Part shown: piece by piece, positions 54,076 to 63,577 of the stretch | Layout: each line of letters opens with the position of its first letter | Position numbering within the stretch: position 1 is the first letter of the stretch | Virus record (IMG/VR): IMGVR_UViG_3300034358_000044 | Span: 96,001 to 160,000 of that record | Strand: one strand, 5' to 3' | Origin: a virus | DNA: 64,000 bases | Notes under the pieces: generated by a model | Databases searched by the model: none | What the model saw: only the letters and a program-made list of their open reading frames with translations | Told to the model about the DNA's origin: nothing | Program-made: the position numbers and the translations under genes

Positions 54076-55440
54076 ATGCACTCCAAGCTTGCTGGCCACC
54101 TGCCTCTTCAGGACATGATTGCAGCAACTCTGGAGTCTGCCCGCTCCAAGATCGCTGCGGCGGAAGAGAAGGACAAGGAGAAGTCGGACAAGGTGAAGAA
54201 GCTCGTCGACTACGAGAAGAAGGAGCACGGAGGGAAGATCCCATCCGTCAAGGAAGAGGAGGACGAGCACAAGGAGAAGAAGTCCTCCGCCGTCCTCGAC
54301 TTCGACGACCCGGACTCGATGGAGAAGCTCGCTGAGGCTCTGGACGAGCTGGGCGAGGAGCTCCTCAAGCAGGCCGACTCCGTCGAGAACGGCAAGGAGT
54401 CCAAGCAGGGTGGAGAGCAGCTCGCCACCCAGTCGCCCACTGGCGGCAAGCAGGTCTACACGGGCGCCAAGGCGACCGCCAAGCACCAGGTCACCGCTGG
54501 TGGGGTGAAGGCCACCAAGGACAACCCTGGTGCAGCCACTGCCAACGAGACGGATGAGAACCGTGCCCCTGGCGGCAATGGGGCCAAGTACCCCGACAAG
54601 GGCGTCCTGAAGACCGGGGCCGCTGCTCTTCAGGCTGTCGTGGCGGAGATCGCCCAAGAGAAGAGGGCTGGTGCCGGAGAGACGGTGATGAAGGGTCTCG
54701 GCAAGGCTGTCGGGACTACCGCTCGTGTGGCGGGCAATCACCCCCATCTCGCAGCCACTGCAGGGGGTGCTGCTGTGGGTGGAGTTACCGGTGCGATTGC
54801 CGGTGGACCCGGCAACCGGCTCTCTGGAGCCGGCAAGGGGGCTCTCACTGGGGCTGTCATTGGAGGTGGTGGGTCTCAGTTGAGGGAGCGTGCTGCAGAG
54901 GCTCTCGCCAAGAACCCACACTTCCTGAGTGCCGCCGGGGAGGCTCTGTCCAAGAAGGGTTCGGCTGAGAACTCTGCGGTCGGCTTCATCCTCAACAAGC
55001 TGGCCGAGTTCCAGGGCGGTGGAGAGGTTCTGAACACCGGCTCCGTGGCGATCCCCAGCAACGAGGGCCGGCAGCTCATCGCCAACAACTCTGCCCCCGT
55101 CTCGGCGACCAAGCGTGAGGCGAAGAGCCCTGGGCGGAAGCAGCTCTCCGAAGTTCTCACCGAGCCGGCTCAGACGGCCAGCACGGACAACACGGTTCAA
55201 CAGAATCTGCGGAATGCCTCAAAGGGAGGCGTGAAGATCGCAGCGGTGAAGTCCTACCTCAGGAAGGTGTCTGAGGCAGGATGCGTGTGCAATGGCCAGG
55301 GTGAGTGCGACTACTGCCGCATGAAGTCTTCTGTCGAGAAGAAGCGTGCGGAGAAGAAGGTCAAGCAGAGCCTCGGCATGCCTCCGATGGGTCCAGCCCC
55401 TGCGGCTGGAGGTCCCATGGGTGGCCCCAAGATGATGTGA
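54076..55440 (+). CDS. scaffold/core-like protein with a Gly/Ala insert
   Basis: start moved to ATG 54076 (AAGGAG RBS); KLA, KIA, KKSS, EKRA; CVC...CDYC near the C-terminus. Confidence 0.6.
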   Translation: MHSKLAGHLPLQDMIAATLESARSKIAAAEEKDKEKSDKVKKLVDYEKKEHGGKIPSVKEEEDEHKEKKSSAVLDFDDPDSMEKLAEALDELGEELLKQADSVENGKESKQGGEQLATQSPTGGKQVYTGAKATAKHQVTAGGVKATKDNPGAATANETDENRAPGGNGAKYPDKGVLKTGAAALQAVVAEIAQEKRAGAGETVMKGLGKAVGTTARVAGNHPHLAATAGGAAVGGVTGAIAGGPGNRLSGAGKGALTGAVIGGGGSQLRERAAEALAKNPHFLSAAGEALSKKGSAENSAVGFILNKLAEFQGGGEVLNTGSVAIPSNEGRQLIANNSAPVSATKREAKSPGRKQLSEVLTEPAQTASTDNTVQQNLRNASKGGVKIAAVKSYLRKVSEAGCVCNGQGECDYCRMKSSVEKKRAEKKVKQSLGMPPMGPAPAAGGPMGGPKMM

Positions 55441-55475
55441 GAGACCCGATTCAGAAGACCAACCAGGAGTTACAC

Positions 55476-55847
55476 ATGAGCAAGATCAACAGCACCCAGG
55501 CTGGCCTGATGATGAAGGTGGCAGCCGAGAACGTTCGGGCTCTCTCACAGGAGAACCAGGAACTCAAGACGAAGGTGTCGCACTACGAGAAGCGTGCGCG
55601 TGCGGAGCAGATCGCATCCAAGATGGAGGAGAAGGGCCTTGAGCCCGAGCTCTCCATCCAGGAGAAGATCGCAGGACTCCTCAAGCGGGACGACCTCTCT
55701 GTGGTGGAAGAGGCAGTGAGCATGTCCGCCCCCCAGATGAAGCTCGCTTCTGTCGCAGAAGACGGAGAGCGAGTTGCTGTGGAGGGGGACGACACCGGCT
55801 CCTCGGCTTCTGACGCCTTCGCTGCCAACCTGGCCTCCCTGGACTGA
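55476..55847 (+). CDS. scaffold-like coiled-coil protein
   Basis: start moved to ATG 55476 (AGGAG RBS); KVAA, EKRA, KLAS. Confidence 0.6.
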   Translation: MSKINSTQAGLMMKVAAENVRALSQENQELKTKVSHYEKRARAEQIASKMEEKGLEPELSIQEKIAGLLKRDDLSVVEEAVSMSAPQMKLASVAEDGERVAVEGDDTGSSASDAFAANLASLD

Positions 55848-55923
55848 AAGAAGAGATTCTTCTTCCCAAAGTCTCAACAGAAGTGATGCGATCTTCACAA
55901 CCCTTTGACGGAGAACCACACCG

Positions 55924-56406
55924 ATGCCAGTTCCCAACTTCGAGCTCATCACTGAGCTTCAGACCCTGACCCGCCGCGACTTCCCAGTCGAAGACGTGAC
56001 GATCCTCAAGCCCATCTCTTCTCTTCCTCTGGTTGAGGGGGAGTGGTTGGAGCTGAACGCCAACTATCACCTCCAGCGCGGAACCGGTGCTTCGCCGGCT
56101 TCGTTCATCGTCCACACCGAGCGCGGTCGGTACGACACGCAGGCCATCGGCAAGACGAACGTCCTCTTCGCCGGTCAGTACGAGGGCGAGACGACCATGT
56201 TCGAGGGGGTCATCGGCTCCTTCGTTCCGGGACACATGGTGGTCCTGGCCCCCATCACTGCAGGTCCCAACACCGGCCGCGTCGGCATCAAGGACGCTGG
56301 TGCAGGTGGGGCGGCTGCAGGTTCCGTGGTGGTCGGTGTCGTCACCAAGGTGAACGGTTCGTCCGGCAAGGTCCGCTTCCTCCACATGAGCACCGGCAAG
56401 GTCTAA
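55924..56406 (+). CDS. probable capsid decoration / minor capsid protein
   Basis: 160 aa, beta-rich, directly upstream of the MCP. Confidence 0.55.
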   Translation: MPVPNFELITELQTLTRRDFPVEDVTILKPISSLPLVEGEWLELNANYHLQRGTGASPASFIVHTERGRYDTQAIGKTNVLFAGQYEGETTMFEGVIGSFVPGHMVVLAPITAGPNTGRVGIKDAGAGGAAAGSVVVGVVTKVNGSSGKVRFLHMSTGKV

Positions 56407-56443
56407 GCGGCGCTCTCCCACACTCAACCAAGGACAAAAGACA

Positions 56444-57565
56444 ATGAGCACCGTTCCCGCAAAGGTTCTGAACGATCTCTTCTTCGAAAAGATCGGATCT
56501 GCAGAGGGCAAGGACAAGATCGCCGAGTTCGGCGGTACGTACATCCGTGACCGTCTGCGTGAAGTCTCGTTCGCCAGGAAGATCATCCCGCCCACCCCGG
56601 TGCAGCGCAGCGAGCTGCAGCGTTCGGTGAACCACGACACCCTGGTGAAGATCGTCGACATCGAGCCCGACTCGAAGGCGATGAGCCTCACCTTCCGTGG
56701 CCAGCCCACGGCCCGGTTCATTCGTGCGCCGCGCTTCGAGATCCCCTTCTTCACCATCTCCTCGGAGAAGTTCGAGAAGACGGAGCAGGAGCTCCTGGCG
56801 TACGAGATGCCCATCACCAAGATCATCGAGGAGAACTCGGTCAAGGACATCCAGGCGATCGAGGACCGGCAGTTCCTCATCTACGTCGAGGCCTGCATCC
56901 AGGCGTACCAGCTCGACAGCAACAACGGAGTCGCGACCTCCTTCAACAGGACCCGCGTCCTGGCCGGTACGGTCGTCAGCTCCTCCGTGGTCAAGAGCGA
57001 GGGTGCTCTGGCTGCGTCGGCCGACAACTTCATCGTCCACCCCCTGCTGAAGCCCGACTTCATCAAGCTCAAGCAGGTCATGCACCGTCGCTTCCTGCGT
57101 GCTGAGCGCATCCTCATCACCGAGCCCGACTACGACAACCTCTCGGCCTGGACCATCCAGGACGTGTGGAGCATCGCTGCCGAGACGGCGACCGAGGGCT
57201 GGAAGGCCAACACGGTGGTCGGCCTCAAGATCATCCGCACCATCAAGACGAACATCCTCCGCGAGGGCAACATCTACTGCTTCGCGGCTCCCGAGTTCTT
57301 CGGCCGGTTCTACATCCTGAACCAGACGAAGTTCTACATCGACAAGATCGCCAACCTCATCACCTGGCAGTCGTGGGAGGACATCGGGATGGGCTTCGGC
57401 AACATCGCCGCCGTGGTCAAGCTGGAGCTCTACTCCGGCTCGGTCACCCCGGGTGCCACCGACACCGGCTTCTGGGCCGAGCTGCCCAAGGACGAGGACG
57501 ACCTGTCGCCCATCAACAACAGGGCCGACAAGGGCCTGACCACTCCGGAAGTCGACCAGTTCTGA
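56444..57565 (+). CDS. major capsid protein (HK97-fold, inferred)
   Basis: 373 aa, extreme GC3 bias, follows protease/scaffold/decoration genes, strong terminator downstream. Confidence 0.75.
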   Translation: MSTVPAKVLNDLFFEKIGSAEGKDKIAEFGGTYIRDRLREVSFARKIIPPTPVQRSELQRSVNHDTLVKIVDIEPDSKAMSLTFRGQPTARFIRAPRFEIPFFTISSEKFEKTEQELLAYEMPITKIIEENSVKDIQAIEDRQFLIYVEACIQAYQLDSNNGVATSFNRTRVLAGTVVSSSVVKSEGALAASADNFIVHPLLKPDFIKLKQVMHRRFLRAERILITEPDYDNLSAWTIQDVWSIAAETATEGWKANTVVGLKIIRTIKTNILREGNIYCFAAPEFFGRFYILNQTKFYIDKIANLITWQSWEDIGMGFGNIAAVVKLELYSGSVTPGATDTGFWAELPKDEDDLSPINNRADKGLTTPEVDQF

Positions 57566-57587
57566 GCTGACTCCAGTTCGGATGGGC

Positions 57588-57624
57588 AAGGGGGAGGGAG
57601 GAAACTCCCTCCCCTTTGTTCTTT
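57588..57624 (+). terminator. rho-independent terminator after the MCP
   Basis: AAGGGGGAGGGAG-GAAA-CTCCCTCCCCTTT then GTTCTTT. Confidence 0.9.
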
Positions 57625-57643
57625 GAGTAGTAGAAAGGGAACC

Positions 57644-58315
57644 ATGCACTACGAGATCACCGCGTCCCAACAGGCCATTCGTAAGAACCTCTCCACCACC
57701 CAGAGGATGTCGTCCCTCTACTCCGATTCCCCTCGCATCGGGACGGTGACCCTGCGCCGAGGTCAGGTGCTGCGGCTCTCCGTAGCCGAACACAAGTACC
57801 ACCAGGCCCACCTCGACCGCCTCATCGCGGCAGGAGCCATCACCGTCGTGGCCGTGAACGACGACACGGACACCCAGGTCGTCCGCGAAGCCCCTCCAGT
57901 GGCCCGCCCTTCGGCCCCTGTCATCGTCCTGCCCCCACCCCCACCTACGACCGTCGAACTCCCCACAGGGCTCACCCAGGTGGCTCCTGCGCCCTCTCCA
58001 GACCCAGTCCCAATCATCGAGCCTCCTCCTGTGGTGAGTGTCGCCCACGAGGAAGAAGACAAGGGATCGATCGCCGCCAGGAACGCGGCCAACGACAGGA
58101 TGGTGCCCGAGCCTACGAGTGCGGCTGTGAGAGCCGTCCAAGAGGCCGAAGACAAGAAGGCGATGGACGCCATGAATGTGCCCATCGTCGAGCCGGTGCC
58201 TGCTCCTGTGCCGGCCCCCGTGCCTGAGCCAGTTCCTGAGGTCATCCAGCCGGAGCCTCCTCCAGAGCACCCCCACACGGTCGAGACCGCAAGTCGCAAG
58301 AAGGGCAAGAGGTAG
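57644..58315 (+). CDS. protein with a Pro-rich tail
   Basis: ATG 57644; PAPV repeats. Confidence 0.7.
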   Translation: MHYEITASQQAIRKNLSTTQRMSSLYSDSPRIGTVTLRRGQVLRLSVAEHKYHQAHLDRLIAAGAITVVAVNDDTDTQVVREAPPVARPSAPVIVLPPPPPTTVELPTGLTQVAPAPSPDPVPIIEPPPVVSVAHEEEDKGSIAARNAANDRMVPEPTSAAVRAVQEAEDKKAMDAMNVPIVEPVPAPVPAPVPEPVPEVIQPEPPPEHPHTVETASRKKGKR

Positions 58316-58318
58316 CTC

Positions 58319-58666
58319 GTGCTGGTCTACAACCTGACGCCCACGGAGGTGACCTACAAGGGTCGCCGCATTCCTCCCAACGGTGGCTCACTGGAGTACC
58401 AGGACCTCACCTTCATCCCCACCAGGGACCTGGAGCTGGAGAAGTCCAAGGTGCTCGCCTTCGGCTCCGTCCCTCACTGGTGGATTGTTCAGAAGGCCGT
58501 CTTTCAGGCACCGAGCAACCCCATCATGGCCACTGTGCAGGTGGCAGGTGCCGTGGACAAGACGGGAAGCATCCCAGGGCAGACCATGGCGGTCATCGCG
58601 GAGTCTCCTGTCTCTGTCACGGATGTCGCTGCAGTCTCGATGAGCTCTTCCACGAAGAAGAAGTGA
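58319..58666 (+). CDS. hypothetical protein
   Basis: 115 aa, GAGG RBS. Confidence 0.7.
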   Translation: MLVYNLTPTEVTYKGRRIPPNGGSLEYQDLTFIPTRDLELEKSKVLAFGSVPHWWIVQKAVFQAPSNPIMATVQVAGAVDKTGSIPGQTMAVIAESPVSVTDVAAVSMSSSTKKK

Positions 58667-58674
58667 GGTGACTC

Positions 58675-59208
58675 GTGTCGGACCAGGAAGCAATGTACGA
58701 TCCGCCACGGCCACCACCTGCACCGTTGGACTCTCCTTCTGTCCCCAGAGCCCACATCGAGCTCAACAACTTCGTGAATCAGGTTCGGTCCTTCATGAGG
58801 GACTACCCTGAGCTCAACCGCCTGGTCGCTGGGGTGGAGAGCTCCAACCGGCAAATCGTTTGGGCCATCTTCGACACTCTGGACGACTTCAACTCCAGCC
58901 CGCCCTTCACGATGCACAACGTGGAGTCCTTCCCCTCCAAGAGCCTTCTCATCCGGGGCACGGTCTGCTCTCTCTTGGAGTCCATCGGTCTCCTTCAGAC
59001 GCGCAACCACCTCCAGTTCTCGGACGGCGGCATCACCGTAGGGGTGAGCGACAAGACCCCCTTCATCCAGTCCTGGCTGCAGCTCTTCCGCAACTCCTAC
59101 GAGGCGAAGAAGGAGAAGCTGAAGGTGGCCTACAACATCGAGACGGCCTGGGGTGGTGGAGTCTTCTCGGAGTACCGATTCGTGAACAACTTCTACGGGG
59201 AGTGGTGA
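58675..59208 (+). CDS. possible head-tail adaptor
   Basis: 177 aa, helical, downstream of the MCP; function inferred from position. Confidence 0.4.
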   Translation: MSDQEAMYDPPRPPPAPLDSPSVPRAHIELNNFVNQVRSFMRDYPELNRLVAGVESSNRQIVWAIFDTLDDFNSSPPFTMHNVESFPSKSLLIRGTVCSLLESIGLLQTRNHLQFSDGGITVGVSDKTPFIQSWLQLFRNSYEAKKEKLKVAYNIETAWGGGVFSEYRFVNNFYGEW

Positions 59209-59699
59209 TGCATCCCTACATGTTCAAGGGTTTCGAAGATGAGCTTCAGAAGATCGCCATCTCAGAAGAGTGGGCGAGAGAGCACTCTCGAAGAGGGATG
59301 GCAAACCGCTTGAGGCTGGAGGAAGCGACTCTCACTGGAACTGGGGCTCGTAGAAGTCGTGCTGTAAAGGGAGGCCATGAACTGACGAGTAAGGGAAACG
59401 ACAGGGCCCTCGATCTCCAAGGACGGCTCGCGAGCCGAAAAGATTCCATTTCCTCCAGAACCCAGAAGAACCTGGATGCTTCGTGGGCAGGAGTGACGGA
59501 TGCTTTCAAGGACACGAAAGACTTGAAGAAGTCTATTTCAAAGTCTCGCGCCGAGAAGGTCAAGAGCATTCGAAACCTCAACACCGTCAAGAAGGTGGGC
59601 AAGGGTGTTGCCGGTGTCGGAGTTCTTGCTGCTGGTGCCTACGGAGCCAAGAAGATGTACGACCGGCAGAGGACCAAGATCCCTGCTAAAAGCGAGTGA
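59208..59699 (+). CDS. leader-bearing basic protein with a C-terminal hydrophobic segment
   Basis: MHPYMFKGFEDELQKIA; GVAGVGVLAAGAYGAKKMYD. Confidence 0.7.
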   Translation: MHPYMFKGFEDELQKIAISEEWAREHSRRGMANRLRLEEATLTGTGARRSRAVKGGHELTSKGNDRALDLQGRLASRKDSISSRTQKNLDASWAGVTDAFKDTKDLKKSISKSRAEKVKSIRNLNTVKKVGKGVAGVGVLAAGAYGAKKMYDRQRTKIPAKSE

Positions 59700-59703
59700 G
59701 CCA

Positions 59704-61950
59704 ATGCACGTCGCCACGCTCACTGCCTTCGAGGACGAGCTTGAGAAAGAGGCAGATGTCATCACGCCCCTCAAGGCGCATCAGCAGAGGGTCGTCGATC
59801 GCATTCAGCAGGAGGACCAGCCCGGTCTTGTGGTGGCCCACGGACTGGGTTCTGGCAAGACGCTGACGTCCATTGCCGCCCAAGACGCATTGGGGATGCA
59901 TGCGGACGTCGTTGTTCCTGCCGCCCTACAGGCGAACTACAAGAAGGAAATCAAGCAGCACACCAAGGGCAAGGTTCCCAAGGCGGCCATTCAGTCGATG
60001 CAGAACGTGGCCACCAAGAAGACGCAGTTGAAGCGCCCGATGATGGTAGTGGACGAGGCCCACCGCATGAGGGATCCGTCCTCCAACACCTTCCAGACGC
60101 TGAAGGGGACGGAAGCCAAGAAGCGACTACTCCTCACTGGGAGCCCATTCTACAATCACCCTTCGGACATCGCCCCACTCATCGACCTGGCCGCCAATGC
60201 CAAGGTGCTACCATTCGACAAGGATGAGTTCACTCGGGCCTATATTGCCGAGAAGACCATCAACCCCAGTTTCGGGCAGAGTCTGGCCAACATCTTTCGT
60301 TCTGATGAGAATAAGGTGAGGCCCGGTTTCGTGCCCATTCTCTACGAGAAGAAGGCTCCTGAACTACGAGCCGCCTTCAAGAAGTGGGTCGACTACCATC
60401 CAGGCAGCAAGGATGCAGAGGGCTTCCCGGATGTCGAGAAGAGGGACGTCCCCATCGAGATGACGAAGGAACAGCTTCGCGTCTACGATACCCTCATGGA
60501 CAGGGCGCCCGCTTGGGTCGCCGCCAAGGTGAAGCGCGGATTGCCTCCCAGCAAGCAAGAGGCCTCGCAGCTCAACGCCTTCCTCACGGCTTCTCGGCAG
60601 GCCACCAACACCACCGCCCCCTTCCAGCAGGACCAGAAGAACATCCAGGACCCGAAGATTCAAGCCGCCTTCTCCAGCCTCAAGAAGACCCTGGAGGGCA
60701 ACCCGCGAGCTCGGGCAGTGGTGTATTCCAACTTCCTGGATGCAGGCATCAATCCCTACAAAGCCAAGCTGGACGAAGCCAAGATTCCCTACGGGGAGTT
60801 CACTGGGGCCATGTCCAAGAAGAAGAGGGAGGAGATAGTCCAGCAGTACAACGCAGGTAAGCTGCGAACGCTTCTCCTCTCCAGTGCAGGTGGGGAAGGT
60901 TTGGACTTGAAGGGCACCAGACTGATGCAGATTCTGGAACCTCACTGGAACGAAGAGAAGCTGAAGCAGGTCCATGGGCGTGGGGCTCGCTACATGAGCC
61001 ACTCCGATCTACCTCCTGAAGAGCGAAAGCTCCTCATCGAGAACTACATCGCCAAGCGCCCCCAGGGACTGCCGACGTCGGTCTACAACAAGATCACGGG
61101 TCGAGCCCCGGACAAGTCAGTGGATGAGTACTTGACCCAGATGTCCGGCGACAAGGAGAAGCTCATCGAACAGTTCCGTGCGCTCCTCCCGAATGGGAAA
61201 GAGAAGAAGTCTGCTGCCGAGAAGAAGAAGGAACTCTTCGTCACCGACGAGAACACTCAGCGAGGCAAGACCACTGAGGTATCCAGAGAGCTTGCCAAGT
61301 CCCTGAAGCCGAGGGCGGCAGCCTTTGCTACCTTCACTGCCCCATTGGCTCTCACCGGGTTTCGTCTCGCTCGGGGGCTAGGGCCGAACATGAGTACGAA
61401 GTCACAGGCCCTTGCTGGAGGTGTTGGGGCGGCTCTCGGTGGTGCTCTGGGACACTTCATTGCCCATAATCAGACCGCCAACATCATCAACGACAGCAAG
61501 GCCATTGCCCGTCAAGCTCTTCGAACCGCCTCCAAAGAGAACAGCCTTCGAGAGGAAGCTGGGAAGATGAACTGGGGTGATGTTGCGCGTTCCTCCAGGA
61601 ATCGCGTCATCAGTGATGTGGCCACCTCCGCTCCAGTACTCACTCGACTAGCGACCCAGCACATCCAGGGAAAGGGGCTTAAATTCCCCACGACGGACCT
61701 GGGGCTCATGGCGGCTGGAAACATCCTAGGCTCCATCGGATCCGGCTACCTAGAGAAGTACAAGAAGATGATTGCCGTGAATGAGCTCGACAACGTCAAA
61801 GCTCGTATGGCGGAGCAGGACGCTACGCGCCTCAAGAGACTTCGTAACCAGGTAGCCCAGCTGGAGACTCGGGTCGAGGGGGACGGATGGAACGCCCCCA
61901 AGAAGGACGACGCTCCAGTTGAGAAGAAGAAGGGCAAGCTGGACTGGTAG
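59704..61950 (+). CDS. leader-bearing SF2 (SNF2-like) helicase/translocase with a Gly/Ala-rich C-terminal domain
   Basis: MHVATLTAFEDELEKEA; HGLGSGKT, DEAH, LLTGSP, GGEGLDL, QVHGRGAR. Confidence 0.85.
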   Translation: MHVATLTAFEDELEKEADVITPLKAHQQRVVDRIQQEDQPGLVVAHGLGSGKTLTSIAAQDALGMHADVVVPAALQANYKKEIKQHTKGKVPKAAIQSMQNVATKKTQLKRPMMVVDEAHRMRDPSSNTFQTLKGTEAKKRLLLTGSPFYNHPSDIAPLIDLAANAKVLPFDKDEFTRAYIAEKTINPSFGQSLANIFRSDENKVRPGFVPILYEKKAPELRAAFKKWVDYHPGSKDAEGFPDVEKRDVPIEMTKEQLRVYDTLMDRAPAWVAAKVKRGLPPSKQEASQLNAFLTASRQATNTTAPFQQDQKNIQDPKIQAAFSSLKKTLEGNPRARAVVYSNFLDAGINPYKAKLDEAKIPYGEFTGAMSKKKREEIVQQYNAGKLRTLLLSSAGGEGLDLKGTRLMQILEPHWNEEKLKQVHGRGARYMSHSDLPPEERKLLIENYIAKRPQGLPTSVYNKITGRAPDKSVDEYLTQMSGDKEKLIEQFRALLPNGKEKKSAAEKKKELFVTDENTQRGKTTEVSRELAKSLKPRAAAFATFTAPLALTGFRLARGLGPNMSTKSQALAGGVGAALGGALGHFIAHNQTANIINDSKAIARQALRTASKENSLREEAGKMNWGDVARSSRNRVISDVATSAPVLTRLATQHIQGKGLKFPTTDLGLMAAGNILGSIGSGYLEKYKKMIAVNELDNVKARMAEQDATRLKRLRNQVAQLETRVEGDGWNAPKKDDAPVEKKKGKLDW

Positions 61951-61988
61951 CTGTTCTCACTCCTCCTGAATGAATGTAGGTTAGGAAC

Positions 61989-62828
61989 ATGCATCTCCGC
62001 ACCCTTACGGCTTTCGATGACGAGCTCGTGAAGATCGCCGTCTCGGAGAGGGAGAACTCTCAGACCCTTCGTGACCAGAAACGCTTGGATCTTTTTCATA
62101 AGACACTGGCGGTAGGTGGCTCAGCATATGGGGCTCATGCTCTTGGTGTCGGGGCCAACCGTGCTCTGGTTGGCTCGTTGATTAGAGGGGAGCAAGGTCT
62201 CTCTACGTCCCCACAGCATATTCTCGACCTTCACCATCAGATTCACCCAGAGGGTATGGTTGTTCCTGTGGAAGGGGGTCTTGATTTCGCCAAACACATC
62301 TACCACGGGACTCCGACTGCTGGGATACCTCGGGGAGCTGTAGAAGAGATAAACGGGCCCGGCGGAGTGCATCTTCCGAAGACGACGAGAGGGGTGAGTA
62401 TAGCTCCTACTCAGGTAGGGCCTCACATAACTGCACATGAACTCGGACACGGAAGGTTTTCACAGGGAAAGCTGGGAAGGGCTGCCATAGGGGCTAAGAG
62501 ATTTCTTGGCACGCATCAAACAGCTGTAGGGCGTGCAAGCGCAATAGGTTCGTATGGAATGGCTCTTCAAGACCCTGACAGCGCGGCTTCAAAGTTGGCT
62601 CCGGTAGTCGGCGGCCTTCGACACCTCCCAACTCTTGTTGACGAGGCTGGCGCCACATTCCATGGACTACGAGGAATGAAGGCTCTCGGGATGAAGGGTG
62701 GGAAGGCTTCCCTAGCCAAGGCATTCGGTACGTACGCGGCGGCGGCTGCCCCTTCCGTACTGGGTCCCGCTGGTGTTCGTCAGTTCATGAAGTACAAGAA
62801 GAACAAGGCCAAGGAGAGCGCTCCGTGA
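61989..62828 (+). CDS. leader-bearing zincin-like metallopeptidase
   Basis: MHLRTLTAFDDELVKIA; AHELGHG (HExxH) and downstream DEAGA. Confidence 0.65.
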   Translation: MHLRTLTAFDDELVKIAVSERENSQTLRDQKRLDLFHKTLAVGGSAYGAHALGVGANRALVGSLIRGEQGLSTSPQHILDLHHQIHPEGMVVPVEGGLDFAKHIYHGTPTAGIPRGAVEEINGPGGVHLPKTTRGVSIAPTQVGPHITAHELGHGRFSQGKLGRAAIGAKRFLGTHQTAVGRASAIGSYGMALQDPDSAASKLAPVVGGLRHLPTLVDEAGATFHGLRGMKALGMKGGKASLAKAFGTYAAAAAPSVLGPAGVRQFMKYKKNKAKESAP

Positions 62829-63412
62829 GTCCTGTCAGTCTCGCAGCTTTTCAAGATGAGCTGATGAAGATCGCCTCTGTCAGTGAGACTCTCAAGGGTC
62901 TCGCCAAGAACCCCGCTGTGGGTGGGGCTGTATTGGGTGGTGGTCTCGGGGCCGGAACCAACATCCGAAAAGAGATGGCGACCCGGCACGGGGAGGACTA
63001 CCACCCTGACCAGGAGCTGGTGGCGAAGAACCGAAAGAAGCGCATCGGTCGCATGGCTGCCAGCACTGCGGCCTCTGCCGGCACCGGAGCCCTTCTAGGG
63101 CACTTCGGAGGGAAAGGTGTTCGGGCTCTCAAGAACACCGCCAAGAATGCCATCAAGAATGTTGGCGATGAGGTCAAGGGAGTGGTCTCTCACACTGGGG
63201 GAGAGATCAAGGGTACTACCTCCCATATCGCTGATGACGTGAAGACCACGTCTTCACACCTGACTGACAGGGCCAAGGACGTAGGGGACGTCATCAAGGA
63301 CGTCAACACCGGAGTGGGTCGCAGACTCCTGGCGCGTCCCAAGGAGAAGGGTCCCTCCGTCTTTGAGCGAATCAAGAGTGTCTGGAACGGAAAGAAGAAG
63401 GAAACCACATGA
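62825..63412 (+). CDS. leader-bearing Gly/Ala-rich basic protein
   Basis: MSPVSLAAFQDELMKIA; VGGAVLGGGLGAG. Confidence 0.7.
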   Translation: MSPVSLAAFQDELMKIASVSETLKGLAKNPAVGGAVLGGGLGAGTNIRKEMATRHGEDYHPDQELVAKNRKKRIGRMAASTAASAGTGALLGHFGGKGVRALKNTAKNAIKNVGDEVKGVVSHTGGEIKGTTSHIADDVKTTSSHLTDRAKDVGDVIKDVNTGVGRRLLARPKEKGPSVFERIKSVWNGKKKETT

Positions 63413-63540
63413 TCGTCAAGACCTTCAAGTCTCCCTCAGAGCTGCAGACCTACCTGGTGGCAGCCAACATCACACCGGCTCAGGTCGTCGCGCTCTATTT
63501 CGATGGCGCCAGCGGTCAGCACGTTCTTGTACACGGATAG
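63409..63540 (+). CDS. 43-aa hypothetical protein; not in ORF track
   Basis: MIVKTFKSPSELQTYLVAANITPAQVVALYFDGASGQHVLVHG; ATGA overlap. Confidence 0.55.
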   Translation: MIVKTFKSPSELQTYLVAANITPAQVVALYFDGASGQHVLVHG

Positions 63541-63577
63541 TTCCCACACCTCTTTGAGTGCCCTACCTTGAGGATCT

